From the NCBI GenBank assembly GCA_950072105.1, contig CATMOE010000040.1, positions 1 to 34,484 on the forward strand: a DNA stretch of 34,484 bases, read 5' to 3'. Origin of the DNA: an uncultured Dehalococcoidia bacterium. Its GTDB lineage: Bacteria; Chloroflexota; Dehalococcoidia; Lucifugimonadales; UBA3495. The notes beneath the pieces were generated by a model, which was not told where the DNA came from, ran no database searches, and saw nothing but the letters and a program-made list of their open reading frames with translations. Each line of letters begins with the position of its first letter. Within the stretch, counting starts at the first letter, position 1. Made by a program: the position numbers and the translations under genes. Below, one piece after another: positions 17,272 through 26,429 of this stretch.

Positions 17272-18543
17272 TCACGGCTCCTGGCGTACGGAACCCAGTC
17301 GTATAGTGAAAAATGTGGAAAGAACGAGTCCGATCAACCCCAAAACGATTATCGCGGTGACCACGCCACTGAACTCGGCCAGAATGCCCACCAGGATGCT
17401 GAAGGGGAACACGAAACCTTGCCCGTAGCTGGCCAAGCTGGTGACCCGGCTCCTGAATCGATCCGGAGTACTCAGTTGTATCAGGGTCCCGGCGGTGGTG
17501 CGATAGTGCGACTGGGCCATGGACATGAGCCCGATCATGATAAGGGCGGGCAGCAATGGATACGTCGGTACTAGCCACGGCGACATGGCAAAAAGGATAA
17601 CAAAGATGGAGCTTGCCAGGATGGCCGCTAATGCCACCGGCCCTTTCTTGAAGGTAAAACCTATCGACGCGATGATAACGGAGGAAACAAACCCTCCCAC
17701 TCCGGTGGCGGACAATAGGAACCCTCCCACGTCCGCTTCCCGGCTAAGGACATCGGCGGTGAAAACCGGCAGCAGGAACCAAACCTGGTGCAAGACTACG
17801 TTTGGAATGAGACCCAACAGGATGAGGGTTAAGATGATCCTCTTTTCCCGGCGAATGAACCGGAGACCCTCGCCAAAGTCGGAGATAGGGGACCGGCGTC
17901 TGGTTGGCGCCTCCCGTTGGAAGGGGGTTTTCATGGGGATGTACACCAGGACCGTCGCGGCATAGAGGGCTGCTTCGACAAGAAAATTAGCGGTGAATCC
18001 AAGGCTGGCGATGAGGATTCCGCCGACGAACGGGCCGAAGATTCGTGTTCCGGTGATGCTGAGGGAATTGGCGGCGTAGGCGTTCCCGAATCCTTCCGGC
18101 GGCACCGTATTGGCGATGAGCGCCTGACGCATGGGCTGGGCGATGGCCAGGCAGACTCCGCTGGCCAAGACGTAGCTGTAGGCTAGCCCGACTCTCAACT
18201 GATCGGAAAGCGCCGGTCCGTTGTCCGATACTACCAATAGGGCAAACAGGGCGGCGAGTACCGCCATGAAAGTTTGGATCTTCATGAGCAGCTTTCGCCG
18301 GTCCACCCGGTCTCCCCACACCCCGCCCCAAGGGCCGACCAGCAACACCGGCAGGGTGCTCAAGCCACCCACGATCACGACCTGCAAGACCGACGCCGAC
18401 GACCCGATGGTCAGGTCGCGCACCAGCCAACCGATGGACAACAGTTGCAGCCATTGAGCGCTGTTGGAGAAGAAATTGCCGGTCCAGAGAAGGCGGTAAT
18501 TCCGGTAGGTTATCAGGGAGTCGAAGGTATGCAGGCGGGGCAA
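17272..18543 (-). CDS. MFS transporter (MFS_3/DHA3-like)
   Basis: RNYRLLWTG, GVWGDRVDRRKLL and TPDRFRSRV motifs; multiple TM helices. Confidence 0.88.
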   Translation of the reverse strand: MPRLHTFDSLITYRNYRLLWTGNFFSNSAQWLQLLSIGWLVRDLTIGSSASVLQVVIVGGLSTLPVLLVGPWGGVWGDRVDRRKLLMKIQTFMAVLAALFALLVVSDNGPALSDQLRVGLAYSYVLASGVCLAIAQPMRQALIANTVPPEGFGNAYAANSLSITGTRIFGPFVGGILIASLGFTANFLVEAALYAATVLVYIPMKTPFQREAPTRRRSPISDFGEGLRFIRREKRIILTLILLGLIPNVVLHQVWFLLPVFTADVLSREADVGGFLLSATGVGGFVSSVIIASIGFTFKKGPVALAAILASSIFVILFAMSPWLVPTYPLLPALIMIGLMSMAQSHYRTTAGTLIQLSTPDRFRSRVTSLASYGQGFVFPFSILVGILAEFSGVVTAIIVLGLIGLVLSTFFTIRLGSVRQEP

Positions 18544-18615
18544 GCGAAGTAGATTGATGGTGATGCGCTCCTGGGAAATCGCACGGCCAGCCCGGCCGGC
18601 GGCGGTCTCCCCATT

Positions 18616-19056
18616 CTACGCTGTGAGTTCCAGCACCACCACCGGGATCTCCCGCTCAGTTCGGACTTGGTATTCCTCAAAGGGCGGCCAAAGCTTGGTC
18701 ATGATCCGCCAGAGAGCAGGTTTTTCCTCGGGAGTCGCCGTCCGGGCTCGGACTGATAAGTGTTCGGCCATGACCTGTATCTGTACTTCGGGAGTCTTGG
18801 ACAGGTTGCGGTACCAGCCGGGATGGCGCGGCGCGCCGGTGCGGGAAGCCACCAACAAGTACCGATCCCCGTCCCGCCCGTAGATAAGCGGCGTGGTATT
18901 CGCGTTGCCCGATTCCCGCCCAATAGTTGTTAGGAGCAACGTGGGAGCTCCTGAATAGATGTGACCGTCTTCGCCCCCGGTCTTCAAGTAGCGAGACATG
19001 TGGTCGTTGACCCGCTTGCGGGCCTTATTGCGCTCCCGCTGGGTATGGTCTGGCAT
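18616..19056 (-). CDS. Deazaflavin (F420H2)-dependent oxidoreductase, Ddn/FDOR-A family
   Basis: LLLTTIGRESG...TPLIY..DGDRYLLVAS..GA..HPGWYRNL...P and YQ.RT.REIPVVVL. Confidence 0.92.
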   Translation of the reverse strand: MPDHTQRERNKARKRVNDHMSRYLKTGGEDGHIYSGAPTLLLTTIGRESGNANTTPLIYGRDGDRYLLVASRTGAPRHPGWYRNLSKTPEVQIQVMAEHLSVRARTATPEEKPALWRIMTKLWPPFEEYQVRTEREIPVVVLELTA

Positions 19057-19115
19057 GGCGATGCTGTCCTTGGGATGGAGTGGGGAGATCGTACCGGCTT
19101 GGCTTACCGGCCGAC

Positions 19116-20750
19116 CTACTCCAGCAGAAACCCCTCATACCCGTTGGCTGCCACCTCGGCGCGTTTGGCGCGCATGACTGGGGCGCTGTCGGGGGCGGTG
19201 AGGAGGACGCGGGCTTTGCCGGGGATGTTCGCGCCGACGAACCAGGAGTTGGCTTGGCCCCGGAGGATCTTTTCGCCACCTTCATTGACGTGTTTGACCC
19301 AATCGTCTTCGGCTTGGAGCGTGGGCGATATGCGGGTGAATTCGTTATTTCGCACGTAGCAGATGGCTTCGCTCACCCAATCCACCAAGGGCTCGGCGGC
19401 TCGGACAAAGTTGCCGACCGAGGCCGCGTTGACGGTGAACAGATTCGGAAAGCCGGCGCTGGAGATTCCCATATAGGTGCGTGGGCCCCCGGCAAACTTG
19501 TCCTTCAACGACTGTCCCCCGATGCCGCGGATGTCCAGCCGGTTCAACGAGCCGGTCACGGCGTCGAATCCCGTGGCGAAGATGATCACGTCCAGATCGT
19601 ACTCGGCATCGCTGGTCTTGAGGCCGGTGGGAGTGATTTGCTCGATGGGGGCTTGGCGCACGTCAACCAGGAGGACATTGTCCTGGTTGTAAACCTCGTA
19701 GTACCCGCTCTCGCAAGGGAGGCGCTTGGAGCCGAACATGTGGTCCTTGGGCACCAGCATCTCCGCCACCAACGGGTCGTGGACCCGCTCGCGGATCTTG
19801 TTGCGGAAGAATTCGGCGTAGTCCTCGTTGGCCTCACCGGGCATCATGACGTCGTAGAAATTGCTTAGCCACTTCTTGAAGCCAGGTTCAGCCCAAAGCC
19901 GCTCGTATTGCTCCAGCCGCTCTTCCGGTGAGACCTCCATTGCCGACCGCGGGTCGAATTCGTGCATGAACGAGCCCGCGGTTGCCATACATTTCGCGAA
20001 GATCTCCGGGTAGCTTGCCTTGATCTCGCGCTGGGCTTCGTCGTCGATGGGGCCGTTTCGGAGAGGGGCGCAGAAGTTCGCCGTGCGCTGGAATACGGTC
20101 AGGTGGGCGACTTCCTTGGCGATCTCGGTGATAAGTTGGACGCCGGTGGCCCCGGTGCCGATAACTCCCACCCGCTTGCCGGCCAGGTCCATGCCTTCCT
20201 TGGGCCATCTGCCGGTGTGACACCAGGGACCTTTGAAGCTGTCTATCCCATCAAAATCTGGTGTGTAGCCCGCTGACAGAATGCCAACCGACGTGATCAA
20301 GAATCGGCCCCGTGCCTGGTGGCCGTCCTCCAATTGGACCAGCCAGCGGTCATCGTCTTCGTCGAAGACGGCCGACATGACGCGGGAGTTTAATCGGATG
20401 TGCGGGCGAAGATCGAACTTGTCCGCTACGTAGTTGAGGTAACGTTCGTTCTCCGGCTGGCCGGAATAGTGTTCCTTCCAGTCCCATTCCTGCAGGAGTT
20501 CCTCCGAGAAGGAATACCCGTAGGTGTAGCTCTCGGAGTCGAACCGGCATCCCGGATATCGGTTCCAATACCAGGTGCCGCCCACGCCGCCGCCTTCCTC
20601 AAAGATGCGGACCGACAGCCCGTGCTCCCGCAAACGGTACAAGGCATACAACCCGGTGATCCCGGCGCCGATGACGATCGCGTCAAACTGCTCAATGTCT
20701 TCAGACGTCCCCGTACTGGCTGCCGGGGTTTGCTGTTGAGGAGTACTCAT
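19116..20750 (-). CDS. Type I Baeyer-Villiger monooxygenase (cyclohexanone monooxygenase family)
   Basis: GAGITG, GGTWYWNRYPG, fingerprint FKGPWCHTGRWP (FxGxxxHxxxWP), GTGATG and ATGF. Confidence 0.93.
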   Translation of the reverse strand: MSTPQQQTPAASTGTSEDIEQFDAIVIGAGITGLYALYRLREHGLSVRIFEEGGGVGGTWYWNRYPGCRFDSESYTYGYSFSEELLQEWDWKEHYSGQPENERYLNYVADKFDLRPHIRLNSRVMSAVFDEDDDRWLVQLEDGHQARGRFLITSVGILSAGYTPDFDGIDSFKGPWCHTGRWPKEGMDLAGKRVGVIGTGATGVQLITEIAKEVAHLTVFQRTANFCAPLRNGPIDDEAQREIKASYPEIFAKCMATAGSFMHEFDPRSAMEVSPEERLEQYERLWAEPGFKKWLSNFYDVMMPGEANEDYAEFFRNKIRERVHDPLVAEMLVPKDHMFGSKRLPCESGYYEVYNQDNVLLVDVRQAPIEQITPTGLKTSDAEYDLDVIIFATGFDAVTGSLNRLDIRGIGGQSLKDKFAGGPRTYMGISSAGFPNLFTVNAASVGNFVRAAEPLVDWVSEAICYVRNNEFTRISPTLQAEDDWVKHVNEGGEKILRGQANSWFVGANIPGKARVLLTAPDSAPVMRAKRAEVAANGYEGFLLE

Positions 20751-20951
20751 TTAGCTCTCCTTAAGGATTTTTAAGTGCCGCCCTCTGGTGAGCCCAACCG
20801 GCCCGCACCTGACGGCGTCTGTATCTGTATATTCGTCCAAACGGAAGACCCTTTGCGACCCCAATTCTACACCCGGCCTGCTCACGCCGCACTGGGCTCG
20901 TTGCGTGGATGGGTTTGTAGGTGATTAAGCAGCAGGGGTCGCTTAAGCCTA

Positions 20952-20960
20952 TGTTAGAAT
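20952..20960 (+). promoter_or_regulatory. Extended -10 element upstream of the Mo-hydroxylase gene
   Basis: TG-T-TAGAAT about 60 nt before ATG 21021. Confidence 0.45.
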
Positions 20961-21020
20961 CCCTGTGGATTCGACTGAGCCTATCCGGCCCGTATACGGC
21001 CAAGGGAACGGTGTTGCCGC

Positions 21021-23330
21021 ATGACTTACCTCGGCCAATCGCTGAAACGGGCGGAAGACCCCAGGTTGATCACCGGACAGGGCGCCTTTGTCGACGACAT
21101 CAACTTGCCGGACATGCTTCACGTGGCGGTGTTGCGGAGTACCCACGCCCACGCTCTGATCAAGTCGGTTGATACGGCTGCCGCCCGCAGTTCCCCGGGT
21201 GTCGCGGCGGTGCTGACCTCGGAGGACATTGCCGGAGTGCTGCGGGACGTTCCGTCGGGCGACGGTATTTACGACGACAAAGTTGAGCACATCGAAGCTC
21301 CACAACACCCGGTTCTGGCCAGGAACAAGGTGTGTTATGTGGGCCAACCGGTGGCCATTGTGGCGGCGGAGACTACATACCAAGCGCGGGACGCTCTGGA
21401 GTTGATCCAAGTTAACTACGAGATTTTGCCGCCGGTGATGGACACCATGAAGGCGGCCAACGAGCCGGGCGTCCCGATCCACGAAGAAACAGGCACCAAC
21501 GTCGGCATCCGGGTACGCCACTCGGGCGGTGACTTGGACGGGGCTTTCGCCAAGGCCGAGCGGATCGTCAGCGGTAGCTACCACGTACAGCGATTGGCCC
21601 CCTCGCCCATGGAGAACAGGGGAGTGGCCGCCGATTTCCAAGCCCAAGAAGGAATGCTGACAGTTTGGGACTCCACCCAGAGACCCCATGGCGTCAGAAA
21701 CTATCTTTCCCAGATCCTGGATTTACCGGAAGATCAGGTACGGGTGCTGGCCGGTGACGTGGGCGGCGGCTTCGGCGAGAAGGGGTGCATGTTCCCCGAG
21801 GAGATCGCCATCCCTTATCTTTCCAAGATTCTCGGCCGGCCCGTGAAGTGGGTGGAGGACCGCCAGGAGAACATGGTCTCGTTCCACGGCCGGGGACACA
21901 CCGCCGAGGTTGAGGCGGCAGTGACGAACGACGGCGTCATTCTTGGGGTGAGGGTGAAGATATACGTTGACCTGGGAGCGTATTTTTACCTCTCCACACC
22001 GGCGGCCCCCACCCTGGCCAGCGAACGCCTAGTTGGTCCATATAAGACTCCGGCCATGAGCGTCGATGTTTTGGGGGTCATTACCAACAAGGCCCCCACT
22101 GGAGCCTATCGAGGGGCGGGCGGACCCGAGGCCGCGTTTTGCATGGAGCGCACGGTAGACTTGATCGCCCAGGAGTTGCGTCTGGACCCCGCTGATGTCC
22201 GTCGCAAGAACCTGATTGGGCCGGACGCTTTTCCCTACCACACACCGACCGGTGTCACCTACGATTCGGGTGACTACGAGAAGGTGTTCGACCGAGCTTT
22301 GGAACTGGCGGATTATCCCGCATGGCGCGAACGGTCCAATCAAGCGAACCAACCCAATGCCCCCTTGATCGGCGTGGGCTTGGCCGCTGTTACCAAAGGC
22401 TCGGGAGCCCACGGCGCTCGCCGCACCGATCACGCCCGCGTTGTTATCGATCAAGAGGGCCTGGTTTCGGTCTACAGCGGTGTCTCTCCCCACGGCCAAG
22501 GCACCGAGACAACTTTCACCCAGATCGTTTCCGATGAACTAGGCGTGACCCCGTCGGACGTTGAGATGTTTCACAGCGATACCCAACTGTTCCCCGTCGG
22601 TGGCGGTACCGGCGCCAGCAGAGGGATAACCGTCGGCGGCTCCACGGTCTATACCGTGCTTCAAGACGCTCGCGAGAAGCTGGTCCGGATCGCCGCCCAC
22701 TTGTTGGAGTGTCCGCCTGCAGACGTCGAGATGCGCGAGGGACGGGTGTTCCGGAAGGGCACGCCATCGTCCAGCCTTCCTTTTTCCCAAGTGGCCGCCG
22801 CGGCATACGACGAAGAGTTGCTGCCACCCGATGTGGAACCGGGGCTGGAGTTCAACGCCACATATACCCTGCCGGACAATCCGTATGCCTTTGGCACTCA
22901 CGTGGTGGTAGTTGAGGTGGACCGGGATAACGGAGCGGTGAAGATCCTGAAATACGTCGCGGTACACGATGCCGGCCGGATCCTCAACCCGATGTTGGCG
23001 GAAGGCCAGATCCACGGCGGCCTCGCCCAAGGGCTGGGCCAAGCGCTGATGGAGGGGATGGAGTTCACCCCCGAAGGCCAGCCGCTAACGGGAAGCTTTA
23101 TGGACTATGCCATGCCCAAAGCTCAGGACATGCCGGACTTAACTTTGGATACGTTCGAAACTTTGTCGCCATTGAATCCGCTGGGAGCAAAGGGTATCGG
23201 CGAGCTGCCCACCGTGGCGGCGCCGGCGGCGATCACCAACGCGGTCATAGACGCTCTGTACAGCACCGGCGTGCGCCACATAGACACGCCGCTGACCCCG
23301 GAGAAGATATGGCGGGCGCTCAACCCGTAG
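21021..23330 (+). CDS. Xanthine dehydrogenase family molybdopterin-binding large subunit (CoxL/CutL-like, not form I CODH)
   Basis: KRAEDPRLITGQG, DVGGGFGEK, AYRGAGGPE, PHGQGTET, EGQIHGGLAQGLG and GAKGIGE. Confidence 0.92.
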   Translation: MTYLGQSLKRAEDPRLITGQGAFVDDINLPDMLHVAVLRSTHAHALIKSVDTAAARSSPGVAAVLTSEDIAGVLRDVPSGDGIYDDKVEHIEAPQHPVLARNKVCYVGQPVAIVAAETTYQARDALELIQVNYEILPPVMDTMKAANEPGVPIHEETGTNVGIRVRHSGGDLDGAFAKAERIVSGSYHVQRLAPSPMENRGVAADFQAQEGMLTVWDSTQRPHGVRNYLSQILDLPEDQVRVLAGDVGGGFGEKGCMFPEEIAIPYLSKILGRPVKWVEDRQENMVSFHGRGHTAEVEAAVTNDGVILGVRVKIYVDLGAYFYLSTPAAPTLASERLVGPYKTPAMSVDVLGVITNKAPTGAYRGAGGPEAAFCMERTVDLIAQELRLDPADVRRKNLIGPDAFPYHTPTGVTYDSGDYEKVFDRALELADYPAWRERSNQANQPNAPLIGVGLAAVTKGSGAHGARRTDHARVVIDQEGLVSVYSGVSPHGQGTETTFTQIVSDELGVTPSDVEMFHSDTQLFPVGGGTGASRGITVGGSTVYTVLQDAREKLVRIAAHLLECPPADVEMREGRVFRKGTPSSSLPFSQVAAAAYDEELLPPDVEPGLEFNATYTLPDNPYAFGTHVVVVEVDRDNGAVKILKYVAVHDAGRILNPMLAEGQIHGGLAQGLGQALMEGMEFTPEGQPLTGSFMDYAMPKAQDMPDLTLDTFETLSPLNPLGAKGIGELPTVAAPAAITNAVIDALYSTGVRHIDTPLTPEKIWRALNP

Positions 23331-24453
23331 CCAGCATCTCGTCGGTGCTGAACCGGGGGGAGAGTAGTTGGGGGCCATCGGGCGTGACCAGAATCATGTC
23401 CTGCAGGTGCCAATAGCCCACGTGGGGTTCCAGGGCCAGCACCATTCCCTCCTCAAGTAACACATGGGAGGTAGGGACGATGTAAGGTTCCTGTTGATGC
23501 CACCATGCGCCCACACTGTGTCCGACTAAGGAGACCCGGTCCTGGTAGCCGGCCTCTTTAAACTTCTCCGAGGCAAAGCGGTGGATATCATTGGCCTTGG
23601 CGCCGACTTGGCATTGATCGATGGTCATCCGGTAGATGTCGCGCATCAGCCGGTAGGTGTCCTTCTGTTCCTGGGTGGGCTCGCCAACCACGACAGTGCG
23701 CGACTGATGGCCGGGGTATCCCTGGTAGTAGGACACGTAATCGTTGCGAATGATGTCCCCCCGGTGGAACGCAAAGTCGCTCTCGCCCCCGTAGGCCACG
23801 GTGTTCCGGCTGCTGTTCAGGATGCCGTGGGCCCACTGGGCGCCCCTTTGCACGCAACTGGCGACGATGCGGCTATGAACCTCCCGCTCGGTGTCCCCTT
23901 CCCGCACGGTGGGAAAGATTTCCAGATATGCTTCGTCTAGGATCAGCGCCCCTTCCCGCAGCAACTCGACTTCGCCGGACGTCTTGATCCAGCGGACTTG
24001 GTCCATCATTTCAGTGCAATCGAAGAGTTTGCCGCCGGGCAATAGACTCTCCAGCTCTTCCCATCGGGCGGCGCTGACGTAGGTCTTTTCCAATCCCACG
24101 ACTTCCCGATCCAGGCCCAGGTCCTTCAATACCGCGGCCGCTTTTTGGTAGGGCGACTCGGCGTAGTCGTCGTAGATCTCAATCTTGTCCAGCCAAGAGT
24201 CCCGCCGAGCCAGTGGCGCGGCATAGTGGTTCAGAATCATCACCGGCTCGCCATGGCGCGGCCACACCAAAAGCACCTCCCGGGGAGAGTCGGGAAAGTC
24301 TAGGTGCCTTCCCAGAGTGCCCGGATAGGAGAACCCGGCCAGATAGGTGAAATTCTTGCCCGAGCGAAGGATCAAGGCGGAACAGCCGGCTTCGTCCAGA
24401 AATCGGTTCAGCCTGTCGATGTTGGCGATGATAGTTCTAGTCTGATCTACCAT
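23320..24453 (-). CDS. M24 (Xaa-Pro peptidase/creatinase fold) family protein with atypical metal ligands
   Basis: Creatinase-like N-domain, RWIKTSGEV, GYPGHQSRT, GHSVG, LEEGMVLALEP and LQDMILVTPDG. Confidence 0.85.
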   Translation of the reverse strand: MVDQTRTIIANIDRLNRFLDEAGCSALILRSGKNFTYLAGFSYPGTLGRHLDFPDSPREVLLVWPRHGEPVMILNHYAAPLARRDSWLDKIEIYDDYAESPYQKAAAVLKDLGLDREVVGLEKTYVSAARWEELESLLPGGKLFDCTEMMDQVRWIKTSGEVELLREGALILDEAYLEIFPTVREGDTEREVHSRIVASCVQRGAQWAHGILNSSRNTVAYGGESDFAFHRGDIIRNDYVSYYQGYPGHQSRTVVVGEPTQEQKDTYRLMRDIYRMTIDQCQVGAKANDIHRFASEKFKEAGYQDRVSLVGHSVGAWWHQQEPYIVPTSHVLLEEGMVLALEPHVGYWHLQDMILVTPDGPQLLSPRFSTDEMLATG

Positions 24454-24502
24454 GATTTTCCTCCTGGCTGGATACGCAGTAACCTAACATTGTTGGCGTG
24501 TG

Positions 24503-24533
24503 TTGACAATGGTTTTTCGCCTGCCCATAGTAT
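24503..24533 (+). promoter_or_regulatory. Sigma70-type promoter for the tag-like gene
   Basis: TTGACA at 24503-24508, then CATAGT after 17 nt (or TAGTAT after 19 nt). Confidence 0.45.
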
Positions 24534-24563
24534 GGCGCGATAGGCAATGATTGAGGAAAGCAG

Positions 24564-25070
24564 ATGCCGCATGAGGAATTTCACGACCCACTGGCGCCTC
24601 CGGACCCGTTACGGGACTGGTACGTCAACACCATCTGGGGCAAGCGGGTCGACGACGACGATCTCCTGTTTGAAGTGATGAGCCTGCAGGTGTTCCAGGC
24701 CGGGCTTACCTGGCGCATGATCCTGAACAAGCGGGACGGGTTCCGATCGGCGTTCGACAACTGGAGCATAAGCACCGTGGCCGGATTCGGCCCTGCCGAG
24801 GTGGAGTCGCTACGAAACGACCCCGGTATCATCCGCAACCGGCTGAAGATTCAAGCTACGGTTGATAACGCCCGCACCGTCCTGTCCCTACAGAGTGAGC
24901 ACGGCAGCTTCTGCAACTGGTTTTACGACGTACTGGAAGGCACCGAATACCCGGCGATCCAGAAGACCCTGCGGGGCATGTTCAAGTTCATGGGTCCCGA
25001 GATATCCCGAATGTGGCTGATGGCCTCTGGGCGCATCACCAGAGAGGAAGGGGACAAGTACAGGCCGTGA
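24564..25070 (+). CDS. tag: DNA-3-methyladenine glycosylase I family protein (divergent)
   Basis: WG..DD..LFE...QAGLTW..IL.KR..FR.AF, GIIRNRLKIQA...NA and FKFMGP. Confidence 0.82.
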   Translation: MPHEEFHDPLAPPDPLRDWYVNTIWGKRVDDDDLLFEVMSLQVFQAGLTWRMILNKRDGFRSAFDNWSISTVAGFGPAEVESLRNDPGIIRNRLKIQATVDNARTVLSLQSEHGSFCNWFYDVLEGTEYPAIQKTLRGMFKFMGPEISRMWLMASGRITREEGDKYRP

Positions 25071-25163
25071 TTTTGACCTGTATTCCTGACATTGGAACAA
25101 AACGGTGGGGTAGTGCGTCTTAAGAGTGAAGGAACCAAAGTATTCACTCAAAGGAGCACCCCA

Positions 25164-26414
25164 ATGAAGAACAGATTTACAGCGGTAATCGGGTTGGCCG
25201 CCATGCTTTTGCTGCTGGCCTCGGTTGCTTGCACGGACCATACCCCATCCGCTGCCCGCACCCAGCCATCTGTGGGCATTCAAACGACGCCATTGCCGAC
25301 TAAGCCCGTCGAACTGGTCACTGGAATCGATGAGAAACCAACGGCGATTGAACCTTCGGTTTCAGCGACTCCCGTTGCCGTCTCTCCCACTCAACCGACT
25401 ACTGAGCCTGCATCCGGCCAGCCTTCCGAGCCGAGCATGGTGGAGACGCCCGCCCCGATAGAGAGCGTCAGATTCGCCGTCTCGGATTCCGATCCGCCCG
25501 AATACACTCTGCAGATCACGTCGGGAATCCCCAGCGGCTGCGTAAAGTTCAATGGGTACGAGACTCTCCAAGAGGGCAATACCATTTTCGTCAATGTGAC
25601 CAACATGCAGCCTGCTCAGGCGATCCCCTGCACGGCGATCTACGGACAACATGAGGGCGAAGTAGTTCTGGACGGCGGGTTCGTTCCGGGCGAGAGCTAC
25701 ACCGTCGTCGTAAACGGCAACCTGACCAACTCCTTCACGGCTCGTGATCCCGAAGGCGTCAAGATGGCGGTGGCGGAGTCACCGATCGAGCGGGTTGAGG
25801 TGACGGTCTCAGACGCCAACCCACCGGAATACTTCGTCCAGGTCATCTCCAGGCTGCCCTTGGGAAGTAGCTGTTCCAAGTTTAATGGTTACGACCTCTC
25901 CCGCCGGGGCGCGAGGATAATACGTGTAACGGTAACGCATCTGGAAGTGAAGGAGATCATGCCGTGTACCCGTGACCTACCCGTGGCGATGACCGAGATT
26001 CTCCTGGGAACGGAATTTAACTCCGGAGAGTCGTACAAAGTTATCGTTAACGGTGAGGTAACCAACTCGTTCGTCGGCCGCGACACCGAAGGCGGCAAGA
26101 AGGTAGTGAAGGAATCTCCGGTTGAGAGCGTCGAGTTGATCATCTTGGAGTCGTTTCCGCCCCAGTATCGGATAAAGGTTGTCTCCACGATGAGCGGCAG
26201 CAGTTGTTCCCAATTCAACGGTTATGATATATCCCGCCCCTTCTCTAACACGATTCACGTAAAGGTGACCTATCTTTTCCCCGCGGGGGAGGTGATGTGC
26301 ACCATGGATATAGCATATGCTGAGACGGACATATCGTTGGGCAGCGACTTTGTTTTCAAAGAGGAATACACCGTTGCGGTCAATGGTGTGACCGAGACCT
26401 TTATAGCTCAATAG
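25164..26414 (+). CDS. Lipoprotein with a Pro/Thr/Ser linker and three tandem roughly 100-aa repeated domains of unknown function
   Basis: AAGGAG RBS before ATG 25164 and lipobox SVAC. Three repeats of PIE.V....PPEY...S....C.KFNGY...I.V.VT...C...L...F....Y.V.VNG. Confidence 0.85.
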   Translation: MKNRFTAVIGLAAMLLLLASVACTDHTPSAARTQPSVGIQTTPLPTKPVELVTGIDEKPTAIEPSVSATPVAVSPTQPTTEPASGQPSEPSMVETPAPIESVRFAVSDSDPPEYTLQITSGIPSGCVKFNGYETLQEGNTIFVNVTNMQPAQAIPCTAIYGQHEGEVVLDGGFVPGESYTVVVNGNLTNSFTARDPEGVKMAVAESPIERVEVTVSDANPPEYFVQVISRLPLGSSCSKFNGYDLSRRGARIIRVTVTHLEVKEIMPCTRDLPVAMTEILLGTEFNSGESYKVIVNGEVTNSFVGRDTEGGKKVVKESPVESVELIILESFPPQYRIKVVSTMSGSSCSQFNGYDISRPFSNTIHVKVTYLFPAGEVMCTMDIAYAETDISLGSDFVFKEEYTVAVNGVTETFIAQ

Positions 26415-26429
26415 GCATAGTTAACGCTT

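Noticed and set aside
19080..19868. Long antisense or alternate-frame ORFs (also 8528..9259, 16425..17183, 20949..21689 and many shorter ones)
   Set aside because: They overlap well-supported genes and have no recognisable motifs; they are typical shadow ORFs in GC-rich DNA.
21021..23330. Aerobic CO dehydrogenase (form I coxL)
   Set aside because: It lacks the AYRCSFR Cu-binding motif and has no adjacent coxM/coxS or accessory genes.
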